From positions 40,052,001-40,116,000 of the forward strand of contig CAIIXF020000001.1 of the NCBI GenBank assembly GCA_903813345.2: DNA of 64,000 nucleotides. The letters are read 5' to 3'. The notes beneath the pieces are model-generated. The model ran no database searches. It worked only from the letters and a program-made list of their open reading frames with translations, and was not told where the DNA came from. Position 1 is the first letter of the stretch, and each line of letters begins with the position of its first letter. The position numbers and the translations under genes were made by a program. The stretch comes from Owenia fusiformis. Taxonomy: Eukaryota. This document shows, piece after piece, positions 1-11,117 of the stretch.

Positions 1-396
1 TTATATTCCATGTGATAGTAAGCACTGAAAATGGACTTGTTGCATTGTGGCGGACCCCATACAAAACAAACATAGGGGTAGGGGGGGGGGGTTAAACGTT
101 GATCAGTTCTGCTATTTTTTGTGGCTATTGGTCATATAGTAGATCATTTTGTCAAAAGGTAAGGGTGATCCGAGAAAAAGTTTGTAAATTGAAACAGCCT
201 ATTAGATTTCATTATGATACATTGTACAAAATTGAAATTGTATATATAAAATATGTAGAGTCCTATATTTTAATAATAAATGAATTACATTGTCAAGTAA
301 CAAGTGAAGATGTTTTATATGCATTGATTTGCTTTCTATCAATACAAGTTTTTAATTGTATGCTGCAAAATGATAACATTGACCACGCCCACTTTC

Positions 397-746
397 CAGG
401 GGTAGGGTACTATAAAGTCATATTAAAAATCATAAATAGTACATTATCATTATTATAATTGTATTACAATATCAAACAAAGCTTGAATTAGTTTTTAGAA
501 AACAATTTTGAGCTATTTAAGCTGCCATCTTTTGCTGGAAGCTACGAATATAAGATACTTGAGACTTAAAAATGACTAAAATTGCGTATTTTTTCCTATT
601 AATTGCAATATTTCTGAGACTAATACAGATATCGGCCTATAACTTTAGGATATTATTCATCTTTGGACAAGTAATGTGTGCTGTAGAAAGCAGAACAATA
701 GCAACTATATCCTTTATGTTATGAAATAGTCTTATAGTACCCCCTG
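397..746. mobile_element. Possible degenerate MITE
   Basis: Imperfect inverted termini CAGGGGTAGGGTACTATAA ... TTATAGTACCCCCTG; no clear TSD. Confidence 0.3.
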
Positions 747-1014
747 AAATCGCAGGAATTGAAGTCCAATTCGGCCGTGAAAATTGTTTTTACCACTTTA
801 AAGGCCATCACCTTATATTTTCTTACACCTACTAGGTTACTCTAACATACTGCATTGCCAAAAGTTACTTCTCGCAAACTTCCGGCAAAACTGTGCCAGC
901 ATCTGATACATGTATTCTATGTCTTTAAATCATAATGTTGAAAGGCCACCTTTGGAGAGGTAAATACATCATGTAATTGTTATATGTAATCAAAATTGTT
1001 CATTCATTATTTAG

Positions 1015-2810
1015 ATGAATGCTGCATCGAAGCCCTCTACCAGAAGTACACGCTAATCAACTTGACCCACTATTATCTTAATGATGATACGAAAAGGCTA
1101 AACTGGTGTCCAGAAGGCCAGATGATGAATCTCAAAGAATGTGCTTGTGAATGGCCTTCGGGAGTTGGTAGGTCCCAATGTTTATGAAGCCAACTAAAAC
1201 TAAACTAACTAATTATAAATTATTCCTTCGTGTATATGTATTCTAACATTTTTTCGTCTGTTATACAGCACCGAAGCAGGCATCTTGTAGATACTGGCCT
1301 TTTGAGAAAGAGACAGGCACACGCGACATCTACCAACGCACATATCGAGTAAACCGTGGAGTTGTGATCAGTGAAGGACACAACACCAAAAATGGTCTGT
1401 TAGTCCGTAAGAAGAGAGCATTAAACCTCCATTTCTCTATTAGAGGAGGTTCATTCAGCATTGCATTTTGGGTAAAAACATTTGCAAATATGACTGATGG
1501 GGGCACTTTCATTCTAAACAATGGAGGAAAGACCACACAACCTACTGTGGCATTCGTCTTAAATGGTAATACAATTTCTGGGGGAATTCGAACAGAAACA
1601 GAAAATAACACACCAAACCCAACTGCTGACCACTTGTTCCAGGTATGGGCATTTCATTATCGCAACGTCGATTAAACGAGAATGAATATCATTAGAGATT
1701 TTGATCCTACGTCTATGTTCATACTGACCCTGATTTAAAATAATTATATAACCAAAATATAAAGAAAATGAGTTTAATTAGGTTATTAAATTATACCAAC
1801 GTCAAAAGTAGAGGACCACACTTTGCTTATTTACATTTTTAAATGGTCAGTGTTTGACATTAAATGTACACTTGTATTCATTCAATTTTGTATTTATTTC
1901 ATATGTAGCCGCTCAATGGAGATGGGTGGCACTTTGTGGCATTCATTTACGAAGACCCACAATCGACACTCTACACAGACACCTCTAAGAATTCTGTGAC
2001 TCAAGGTGGCGGTGAGTCGTCACTCTATGCTGCTACAAAAAAAACTTCAATTGTTAAACCCTTTCAAATATGTTTTCCAATATGTAATTCTGAAAAACGT
2101 CTGTCGTACGTGTAATAATTGAGCGTTGATTATCTATCAAATTACCTTTTGACAAATTGCCCAATGGCGCTCCTATACTTTGAAACATGGCGGCCATTCC
2201 ATACGTGTTGTTCTTGAAAAATAATGGTTCAAAAAACACATGTTTTTCATTTTATAAGACGTTCGATGGGTTTTGTTAGGCACTTGGTGTTGCTGTGATC
2301 AGTTTATAATTAATGTGTTGGCATGCTTAAATCCTTCGACAATATTGCTCTGAGATTCATTCTTTTTCTTATAAAACACTCGACGAAAATGCAAATATGG
2401 CGCCCTATAAATTTACTCAAGTATTAACGGTGTTTATTCTTTGATTTTACATTTTAGAAAAATCTGTATTTTGAGTCATCCTATACGTTATTTTTGTAAT
2501 GTTATAGGTGAGATTGCACGAAACAGTTGCATAATGCAGATTGGTGGAACCAAGAAACAGCGACTTTTTATAGATGAGGTATGTACACTTCAACCTCGTT
2601 AAAAGTGCCAAATCACAAGATGACATATGTGAATATGTATACAAATACGATTGCTCATGTTTAAAAAAAAACAAATAAACAAATTGTAATGGCTGTAATT
2701 TGAATTTGTGATTTTTACAGTTGGTCATCTGTGACTTTGCGTTCACAGAGCTTCAAGTGACTGATTTAAGAGGGACGGGAGAAGTTCCAGATAGAATGCC
2801 AGGACAGTAG
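1015..2810 (+). CDS. Cys-rich (ChtBD2/peritrophin-like) + LamG/ConA-like domain protein, paralogue 1 (5'-partial; Pif/LamG3-like architecture)
   Basis: AG/GT-bounded, phase-consistent exons 1015-1167, 1269-1642, 1909-2011, 2508-2578, 2721-2810 (TAG). Motifs CPEGQMMNLKECAC, YWPFE, FSIAFWVK, DGWHFVAFIY, IDE|LVIC. Exon-by-exon similarity to the downstream paralogue. Upstream exons not found in the window. Confidence 0.8.
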
Positions 2811-3477
2811 AAAGAATCGGAATCACTATACAATGTTGAAGTACATTACAATATTAAAACATTAAACTCACCATTAAATTCATATTCGCTGTGTTTTGTG
2901 CCAGATAACTTAAATAAGGAAGATACTGCTTTTTTGTTTTGTGCTAATAACCAAGTCTTATTAGCTTCCTAGGAAAATCGATAAAATCTAAGGTGTCCAT
3001 TTTGGATTTATCGTTCCAAAATCTTCCAATATTCTGTTTATGAAGATCTCAAAAATTGGGACATACATGTAGTGTAAACTTGTTTTCTTTTTTTTGAATT
3101 CCAAACAATTTAGAAATTTCACTGTTGCAACGAGGCAACATTGTAGGTTAGAATATCCCCAAACAAATAAATCCAATACAGAGAGCAACTTCTGATCTGA
3201 TTTAAAAAAGTTTTAATGCAGTTTTGGCGTATCCCAGTGGAAGGGGAATGTGGATTTTGTGTGGATTTCAAACGTCTGGAGGGAATGTACATACGTTAAG
3301 AGAAAAAATCATTGTTGTATGTTGAACATCGTAAGCAGCAATTGCGTTTTATATCAGGTTTATAGTTTGTGACATTAATGATGACAAGAAACAAGGAGAA
3401 ATAGAAAGTAATAATCGACTTGAATATACATGGGTTTGGAAATATGGAATAAAGTGGTAGAATAAACAAACACCACA

Positions 3478-6400
3478 ATGACATTGAGTAACATTTATTT
3501 CATTATATCTTCATCTCTGATGCTTAAAGTAGCAGCTCAAACACCATTAGAAAGTAAGTAAAACTGTATTTGTATCAATAATATCTGTTGTATGACTGCA
3601 TTACAAATTATTCATGTTTTAAAACAACATTTGCCTTGTTATTTTGTTCAGTTGATTTTATATCTGCGATTTACTATCGTATTTAAAGATATTTTGATTG
3701 AATGCTGTCAAATTCTTTTAAACGCCCATGCATTGCATAGACAATGGTCAAACCTATTATAGCAGCTCTTTGACCAAATTATACCTCTTCCGAAGTAGCA
3801 ATGACTCGAATTTACATTTTCCAGGATATACTGATATATTGACTATCCTATTGAACGATTCACCGGGCTGTGACGGTAAGTGTTTCCATATTTTGTGCAG
3901 AGATGTAAAACTTAAATGTAGTTCTACATTCTCTTTATTTAAAATGGTGTTTCTTAGAGTATTCTTGTGACAATCTATTTCTATAAATATTCAAATCTGA
4001 TTAATTTGAAAATATGAATAAAAAGATCAGATCGCAGTATCAGTTTTACTTGATATCGTATTAGATTGATATAAATGTTCCGTTTATAAATATAGGCGTT
4101 TAATAGTCGCCTTATTTCATTTAATCAGATCAGTGAAGATGCTATAATACTACATATTTGATATGTTCAGAAGAAAAAAGTGCTTATTCTGATATCTCAT
4201 TTGTGTTATGTCTAGGATGCCATTTCCAAGAGGGAAGCAATTGTTGCAGATTTGAGGTTAAACATGACCGTGCCGGGAGACCACGGGATGATAGCGTACT
4301 GGGACGTCAAGAGCAGCTATGTCCAACGGGCCAGGCATGGGATGATGATATATGTGAATGTGCTCTGCATGTCCCTGGTTGTGACCCTGCAATTGATTGT
4401 TCAAGTATACGTTTGATTGTTAGAAATAATAGAGAGTCATATAGAGACTAACTTATCAATCCCTTTATATGTTCTGTATAACTTATAATTTGTGTACTAC
4501 GTACGTACTTATAAACACAAGTTAGAATTTCACTAAGAGCGAAATCTCTCTATTGTTATAAGGTCTGTAACTAAAACCTGTAACTGTATTGTTATCTAAC
4601 ATTTTCGTTATAAGAAATAGTAAATATTTTTTCTATTTCAGTTGATCAACCAAATATTTCGAATTCAAACACAACACCTCTGATACCAAGTAAGTCTGAT
4701 AATAGCATTTTATTGAACATAACATTCTTATATACATGTACATTTTAATTAGATAGCTATTTTGGTGCGTCATTATAATTATTAATTATATATTGATCCC
4801 ATTGTCATGACTAAAAGCGGCTGCTATTTTGTATATATAGTTGACGTCCCACGATGTCCTGATGACTTGGGTATCGGTAAATATATTGATATTTCTATTT
4901 GAAAATAACTGCTAACGTTATAACTATATAGCAACAAATATATAAAAAGTAACAGGAATCACAAAAATGAAAGAGCATGTTATAGTACGAATCAAGCCAA
5001 TACTTTTTGCTAGACCCGTTTCGATCAAACAATAACCATTTCATTTTATATACTTACATAATGAGTAAAATTCCATAACCACTCTTTTCTAACATTGCTA
5101 TGGTTCGTGTTGGTAGATGAATGTTGTTTAGAAGAGCTTGTCCAGGTCTATGGTGTGGTGAATAATACCAACAGTACCAGTTACTGGATCAACAGAGACT
5201 ACTCCAAGTTCAACACATGCCCCTCTGGTCAGATATTTAACCTCTCATCGTGTTGTTGTGAGGGAGATTTACATGGTTGGTTTTAATAAATATAAGTTTC
5301 TGAAATGAGCTTGAGTAATAGTACATGTAATGTATATGATACCGTTGAATGGTTTGATTTTGATATATAATTATGTTGTCTATGTAAATGCCTTGCAACT
5401 GGTTGCTCACAGTCCCAGGTCAATCTATTGCAGAACCTAGGATCAGATATTGCAAGTACTGGCCATTTGATGAAGAATATGGAACACGCGACATATATCA
5501 AGACACTGCTACACTGAATAGGGGCGCAAGACTGGGCGAAGGGCATAATAACAAAAATGGGTTATTCATTCCAAAGAAAAGAGCTATGAAAATTTACCAT
5601 TATGTGGGTACCCCATTCAGGATAGATGGTACATTCAGTGTCTCATTCTGGGTCAAAACCTCTGCAAGTGACAGCGCAAATGGAACTGTGATATTAAGTA
5701 ACGGTGACAGTAGGATTCAACCATCTATGATATTCTTCACCTACGGAAATACAGTGTCTGGTGGCATCTATACTCAATCTGAAAAAGCCTCGAGCAATCC
5801 TGTGCCAACAGCTGACTTTCTGTTTCAGGTGAAAATCATTTTATTGCATAGCACACTCTTATCTTGGATACTGTCCAAAAAGGAAATGGTAGCTCATCTC
5901 GGTGCAATAAATCATGTTGGATAAATTGATTTGTAGGATTTGGATGGAGACGGCTGGCATTTTATAGCGTTTGTGTATGAAGACCCTAACACACATCTAT
6001 ACACTGATGACACAGTGACATCTTTTACACAACAGAGTGGTAAAAATTACTATCTAGTGTTTTAATCTTGTGTTTTTCACTTATCACACTTCCGAAATTG
6101 AATTGAAAATGTCTGAAGAAATGTAACAAATTTATAGACACTTTTTCAGATAGTACTCATGGCCAACTTTCTGTATGTACCACGAATTCAGATTTATATG
6201 TAACTCCTGGATCACTTTCTGTTCCACGCTCAATGATGGTAAAACAAGATCCATTCTTTAAGTCCTCCTAACTCCCATTTTAGGAAAAATTGTGCGCAAT
6301 CGCTGTTTAATTTTGGCAGGCGGAAGCAACACGTATCAATTAAATTTGGACGAGGTAAATATAAAAATAATATATTAACATTTTCTTCCTTGCTTGTATT

Positions 6401-7492
6401 TTGCCATATTTTTAACTTTACCCGTATCGTATCATACACACGAAGTGTTATTTTACTGTCGGAAAACGATATACTTTTAATATCAACACAGGCTGGTATC
6501 GAAAGATTTGTCCGCTGTGACGAAGCATGCTATTTTTCATAAAAACACCATCAATACTTCACAATTTATGTTTCGTTATATCAAAGAAAATTACTTACTC
6601 TATACGATGGATATATCATTTGCGGATAACTTTCACCTCTGTTTGAAGTTCAATAAGTAAAATCTATTGAAAACGGCGCCAGAGTATCAAACTCTAAAAT
6701 GTACCATTTCTTGTTTAACTGTTTTTATGGCATGATATAGTGACATGATAATATTAACATCTGTTTTCAGCTACCCTGCTACCGTGCAGGGACAAGAATA
6801 GTTTAAGTCAGTAAATATGGTGTAAGATATTGTTAGTATCTTACCCTAGCGTCAAGTTTTGTTTTTGTGAGGGCGGCCGAAGACGAAGCTCTCTTTTAAG
6901 AAGTGAAGTCAAACGAATGCAAAGGGTAGTTTTCAGCATAACTCTGAATGTATTAATGAGATATTGATGTATTGAGTCTTTTTATCTTTTTTTTTATAAA
7001 AAATAAATTTTACATTTTTGTCCTTTGTGACGGAGCAGTTTCATTAATATCTTCATAGTTATGCTGAAAACATATGTAAATATTATAGTGTCACTATATC
7101 GTGCCATTAAAAAGTTAAACAAGAAATGGTACATTTTGGAGTATGATACTCCGGCGCCATTTTAAATAGCTTTTCCCCCCAGCGTTATTTGACTTCAAAC
7201 AGAAGTGAAAGTTACCCACAAACGAGTTATCCTTTGCATGGAGTTAGTAACTTTATTTGATATCACGAAAGATATGAATTAAAAAATAAATTGTAAGTAG
7301 TATTCGTTGGTATAACGAAACATATGAAAAATAACATGCTCCGTCACAGCGGACAAATCTTTCGATACCAGCCTGTGATCATCCACATTTGACTTTCAGC
7401 TTGTATTCTGTGACTTTGCGTTTAATGGTACTGATGTGGATCAACTAAGAGATCATGGCAAAATTCCCACAAAAAACAGTATAGAAGTTTAG
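3478..7492 (+). CDS. Secreted Cys-rich (2x ChtBD2-like) + LamG/ConA-like protein, paralogue 2 (~406 aa)
   Basis: Exons 3478-3553 (signal-peptide-like MTLSNIYFIISSSLMLKVAAQ), 3825-3875, 4216-4404 (donor weak), 4642-4689, 4841-4876, 5117-5275, 5434-5828 (alternative acceptor 5413), 5937-6039, 6284-6354, 7400-7492 (TAG). Phases are consistent. CPxGxxW/FxxxxCxC motifs; LamG motifs FSVSFWVK and DGWHFIAFVY. The 103-nt and 71-nt exons match paralogue 1 in size. Confidence 0.8.
6487..7377. mobile_element. Foldback/MITE with long TIRs in the last intron of LamG paralogue 2
   Basis: CACAGGCTGGTATCGAAAGATTTGTCCGCTGTGACG at 6487 and its reverse complement ending at 7377; imperfect arms extend ~270 bp; flanks atcaa/atcat (4/5 match). 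Confidence 0.85.
6772..6928 (-). mobile_element. TACCCT...AGGGTA mini-element (longer variant), nested in the foldback; opposite orientation to the other two copies
   Basis: Perfect 9-bp direct flanks GTTTTCAGC (6763-6771, 6929-6937); right ~50 bp is the reverse complement of the left end of the copies at 19595 and 46282. Confidence 0.8.
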
Positions 7493-9073
7493 AAGGAACT
7501 ATTAAGATCTGAATTAAACATACTTCGAACCCTATCATAGGGGTGGACTATGTTTGAATGGTTGCACAATTAGTAAACAGGGGAGTTCCCCCTGGGTGTT
7601 GCCAGGATCTAATATAAAGCGAGAAAATGAATAATATGGGCGGGGGGTTTGGGCTTTATGTCCACAGTTTAAGTTTTAAACTTCTAAAAGATATTTTTAT
7701 AAATTTTTAATTAAATAGTTGCATCGCATACCTCAAGCCTGGCTACGCCCATGAAGATCTAGTCGTTCATGATTCTCACTTAAAGATTCGACTACAGATT
7801 TTAGATATTACATATATTCCAAGAAGTGATATAACTATTGTAATAGTGACATACGTATTTGAAATAAAATTCAGATTGTTCAATAGAAAACACGTGGTTT
7901 GGTTTAGCCCTGGAAATTGTTTTAACAGAGACATCCGGAATATTCAAGAATATAACTTTATGGGCATAGCACAGTCAAGACGCCAAAACATGCACAATTC
8001 GCAATGAGGTAAATTGAAAAAACGATAAAATCTAATTTACCCACGAAATGATTTTAGTATGCTCCCTTGATATTTTTCGTTATCTAACAATATCTGATGA
8101 ACCAATGCTATTGCCATGAGGAATGCATTAGCGAAAGTGAAGACACCATTGGTTTAATACTTACTTCTATGTGAAAAACTAAATAATGTTTTGAATAATG
8201 AAACAGGCTTCAGTTCAACACGTGTGATCGTGTTTAAAGGTGAATTTGATGGTAGTTCTAAGGAAAAGATTAAGTACTCATATTTGACAAGAAGTTAACA
8301 AAAAATAAGTTGCTTCTTGTTTTTTTGTGTTACGTATTTCTCTTACAAAAGTAAAATATGAAACAGAATAGATTATTTTTAGGTTTACAATAACTTATTC
8401 AATGTCGTATTATACTTTGGAGAATATTTGAGAATTTGAACCCAAATGGTAAGATGGGGGGGGGGGCAGTACATGTAAGTGCAGTGACCCTTGGCCATTA
8501 TGCAAAAATTGCGTCAGAATCTTTGATTTCAGTAAAAATGAGATTTGATAGAATAAAAATAATGTATGCATTTGGGTATTTAGGGATGTCGAATACAAAT
8601 TACTAATTTTCTACTGGGAATACATAGATTGCAGCAAGTCACACTACCTTACCACGTGACCACGTTTAAAAGGGAAACAGGGTGCAGTTAAGTTGCAAAT
8701 GGAGGACGTGGGTTTATTTCCATATTTCTTAACGTAAAATACATTTTACATTTATTTTTAGTGTTTTACCAGACATAAAAAAGATTCATCAAGCAGTTTG
8801 TAGAATATTGTTGGCAATAAACCCCAAAAGGCGCAGTAAAGTAAAACTTGAAAGCAATACAAGATACATTTCAGTAAATCTAGAAACTGATTGAAAGCCA
8901 AAGATCTTGCGCATGCGCGATCGAGGTAGGGTAGTGTGATAGACTAACATGAGAATGTCGTGAATTCGATCCTCACTCGGGGCAGGAATTGTTTTGCCAG
9001 TCTGATGTTTTATGTAGGGTTTCTTTTGAATGGTTTGAGTTGGGTGTTGGTTAAATTGCCATGGCACAAGCAA

Positions 9074-9165
9074 GCCTCGGTAGCGCAGTAGGCAGCGCGT
9101 CAGTCTCATAATCACACAATGCAAGGGCGATCTGAAGGTCGTGAGTTCGATCCTCACTCGGGGCA
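9074..9165 (+). tRNA. Elongator tRNA-Met(CAT) with 19-nt intron
   Basis: GCCTCGG TA GCGC AGTAGGCA GCGC G TCAGT CTCATA [ATCACACAATGCAAGGGCG] A TCTGA AGGTC GTGAG TTCGATC CTCAC TCGGGGC A: full cloverleaf, A/B boxes, TTTT just downstream. Confidence 0.93.
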
Positions 9166-9271
9166 GGCACAGTTTTGCCAGTCTTTTATGTGAGTTTGCT
9201 TTTGAATGTTTTTAGCTGTGTGATACTCCAAAATCGAAATCATCTTTGGTAAATTGCTATGACACATGCAA

Positions 9272-9363
9272 GCCTCGGTAGCGCAGTAGGCAGCGCGTCA
9301 GTCTCATAATCACACAATGCAAGGGCGATCTGAAGGTCGTGAGTTCGATCCTCACTCGGGGCA
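9272..9363 (+). tRNA. Elongator tRNA-Met(CAT) with 19-nt intron
   Basis: Identical to the copy at 9074. Confidence 0.93.
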
Positions 9364-9466
9364 GGCATAGTTTTGCCAGTCTCATGTTTTATGTGAGTTT
9401 GCTTTTGCATGATTTGAGCTGTGTGATACTACAAAATCCAAATAATCTTTGGTACGAGACAAGCAA

Positions 9467-9558
9467 GCCTCGGTAGCGCAGTAGGCAGCGCGTCAGTCTC
9501 ATAATCACACCAGGCGGGAGCGATCTGAAGGTCGTGAGTTCGATCCTCACTCGGGGCA
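9467..9558 (+). tRNA. Elongator tRNA-Met(CAT) with variant 19-nt intron
   Basis: Exons identical; intron ATCACACCAGGCGGGAGCG. Confidence 0.9.
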
Positions 9559-9668
9559 GGCACCGTTTTGCCAGTTTGATGTAAGGAAATGTTGCTTTTG
9601 AATGTTTTTGACCTCTGTGATACTGTAAAATCGTAATTTTCTTTGGTAAATTACCTTCACACAAGCAA

Positions 9669-9760
9669 GCCTCGGTAGCGCAGTAGGCAGCGCGTCAGTC
9701 TCATAATCACACAATGCAAGGGCGATCTGAAGGTCGTGAGTTCGATCCTCACTCGGGGCA
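9669..9760 (+). tRNA. Elongator tRNA-Met(CAT) with 19-nt intron
   Basis: Identical to the copy at 9074. Confidence 0.93.
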
Positions 9761-9866
9761 GGCACAGTTTTGCCAGTCTTTTATGTGAGTTTGCTTTTGA
9801 ATGTTTTTAGCTGTGTGATACTCCAAAATCGAAATTATCTTTGGTAAATTGCTATGACACATGCAA

Positions 9867-9958
9867 GCCTCGGTAGCGCAGTAGGCAGCGCGTCAGTCTC
9901 ATAATCACACAATGCAAGGGCGATCTGAAGGTCGTGAGTTCGATCCTCACTCGGGGCA
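9867..9958 (+). tRNA. Elongator tRNA-Met(CAT) with 19-nt intron
   Basis: Identical to the copy at 9074. Confidence 0.93.
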
Positions 9959-10061
9959 GGCATAGTTTTGCCAGTCTCATGTTTTATGTGAGTTTGCTTT
10001 TGCATGATTTGAGCTGTGTGATACTGCAAAATCCAAATAATCTTTGGTACGAGACAAGCAA

Positions 10062-10122
10062 GCCTCGGTAGCGCAGTAGGCAGCGCGTCAGTCTCATAAT
10101 CACACCAGGCAAGAGCGATCTG
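10062..10122 (+). pseudogene. Truncated tRNA-Met (3' exon deleted after ATCTG)
   Basis: 5' exon + intron ATCACACCAGGCAAGAGCG + ATCTG, then jumps into spacer sequence; no B box. Confidence 0.85.
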
Positions 10123-10186
10123 TTTTTGACCTCTGTGATACTGTAAAATCGAAATCATCTTTGGTAAATTGCCTTGACACAAGCAA

Positions 10187-10278
10187 GCCTCGGTAGCGCA
10201 GTAGGCAGCGCGTCAGTCTCATAATCACACAATGCAAGGGCGATCTGAAGGTCGTGAGTTCGATCCTCACTCGGGGCA
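10187..10278 (+). tRNA. Elongator tRNA-Met(CAT) with 19-nt intron
   Basis: Identical to the copy at 9074. Confidence 0.93.
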
Positions 10279-10389
10279 GGCACAGTTTTGCCAGTCTGGT
10301 ATTTTATGTAAGGCTGCTTTTGAATGTTTGGAGCTTGGTGATACTGCAAAATCCAAATTTTCTTTGGTAAATTGCCATGACACAAGCAA

Positions 10390-10481
10390 GCCTCGGTAGC
10401 GCAGTAGGCAGCGCGTCAGTCTCATAATCACACAATGCAAGGGCGATCTGAAGGTCGTGAGTTCGATCCTCACTCGGGGCA
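10390..10481 (+). tRNA. Elongator tRNA-Met(CAT) with 19-nt intron
   Basis: Identical to the copy at 9074. Confidence 0.93.
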
Positions 10482-10592
10482 GGCACAGTTTTGCCAGTCT
10501 GGTATTTTATGTAAGGCTGCTTTTGAATGTTTTGAGCTGGGTGATACTGCAAAATCCAAATTTTCTTTATTAATTTGCCATGACACAAGCAA

Positions 10593-10684
10593 GCCTCGGT
10601 AGCGCAGTAGGCAGCGCGTCAGTCTCATAATCACACAATGCAAGGGCGATCTGAAGGTCGTGAGTTCGATCCTCACTCGGGGCA
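10593..10684 (+). tRNA. Elongator tRNA-Met(CAT) with 19-nt intron
   Basis: Identical to the copy at 9074; T5 downstream. Confidence 0.93.
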
Positions 10685-10795
10685 GGCACATTTTTGCCAG
10701 TCTGGTATTTTATGTAAGGCTGCTTTTGAATGTTTTGAGCTGGGTGATACTGCAAAATCCAAATTTTCTTTGGTGAATTGCCATGACACAAGCAA

Positions 10796-11117
10796 GCCTC
10801 GGTAGCGCAGTAGGCAGCGCGTCAGTCTCATAATCACACACAATGCAAGGGCGATCTGAAGGTCGTGAGTCGATGATTTGGTAAGCTGCCATTTCACAAG
10901 CAAGCCTCGGTAGCGCAGTTGGCAGCGTGAGTTCAAGAAAACTTGAAGACAGGGTCGTATATGAATATTAGTTTTGAATTGTGAGTTATTTTTGACTTCC
11001 CTGAAGATAGCAAGAAAAAAATCAATTTTTTCAATGTGCCGTCCTACTTGTAGGCAGCGCGTCAGTCACATAATCACACAGTGCAAGAGCAACCTGAGGA
11101 TCGTGAGTTCGATCCCC
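10796..11117 (+). pseudogene. Three decayed tRNA-Met copies at the array edge
   Basis: 10796-10873 (21-nt intron, broken T arm), 10904-10936 (internal deletion), 11050-11117 (many substitutions). Confidence 0.8.

Larger units (their letters stand above)
8957..11117 (+). repeat. Tandem array 1 of intron-containing tRNA-Met genes (~195-203-bp unit)
   Basis: 8 intact copies plus truncated/degenerate copies at the edges and one internally; conserved spacers; 595-bp triplet duplication followed by 203-bp monomers. Confidence 0.95.

Noticed and set aside
99..458. 119-aa ORF
   Set aside because: Non-ATG start, AT-rich, no motif; likely intronic sequence of LamG paralogue 1.
9111..9129. Insertion interpreted as a long variable arm or expanded anticodon loop
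   Set aside because: It sits 5' of the 3' anticodon-stem strand at the canonical 37/38 site, and its removal restores a standard 73-nt tRNA-Met.
9074..10684. tRNA-derived SINE or satellite rather than real tRNA genes
   Set aside because: Complete cloverleaf with an adjacent T-run, no tail or TSD, and exons invariant while introns and spacers vary. Expression remains unproven.
8789..10936. Repeated ORFs (MRIELTTFRS..., APSEDRTHDLQIA...) here and at 20126-21457
   Set aside because: They are antisense translations of the tRNA-Met repeat units, not proteins.
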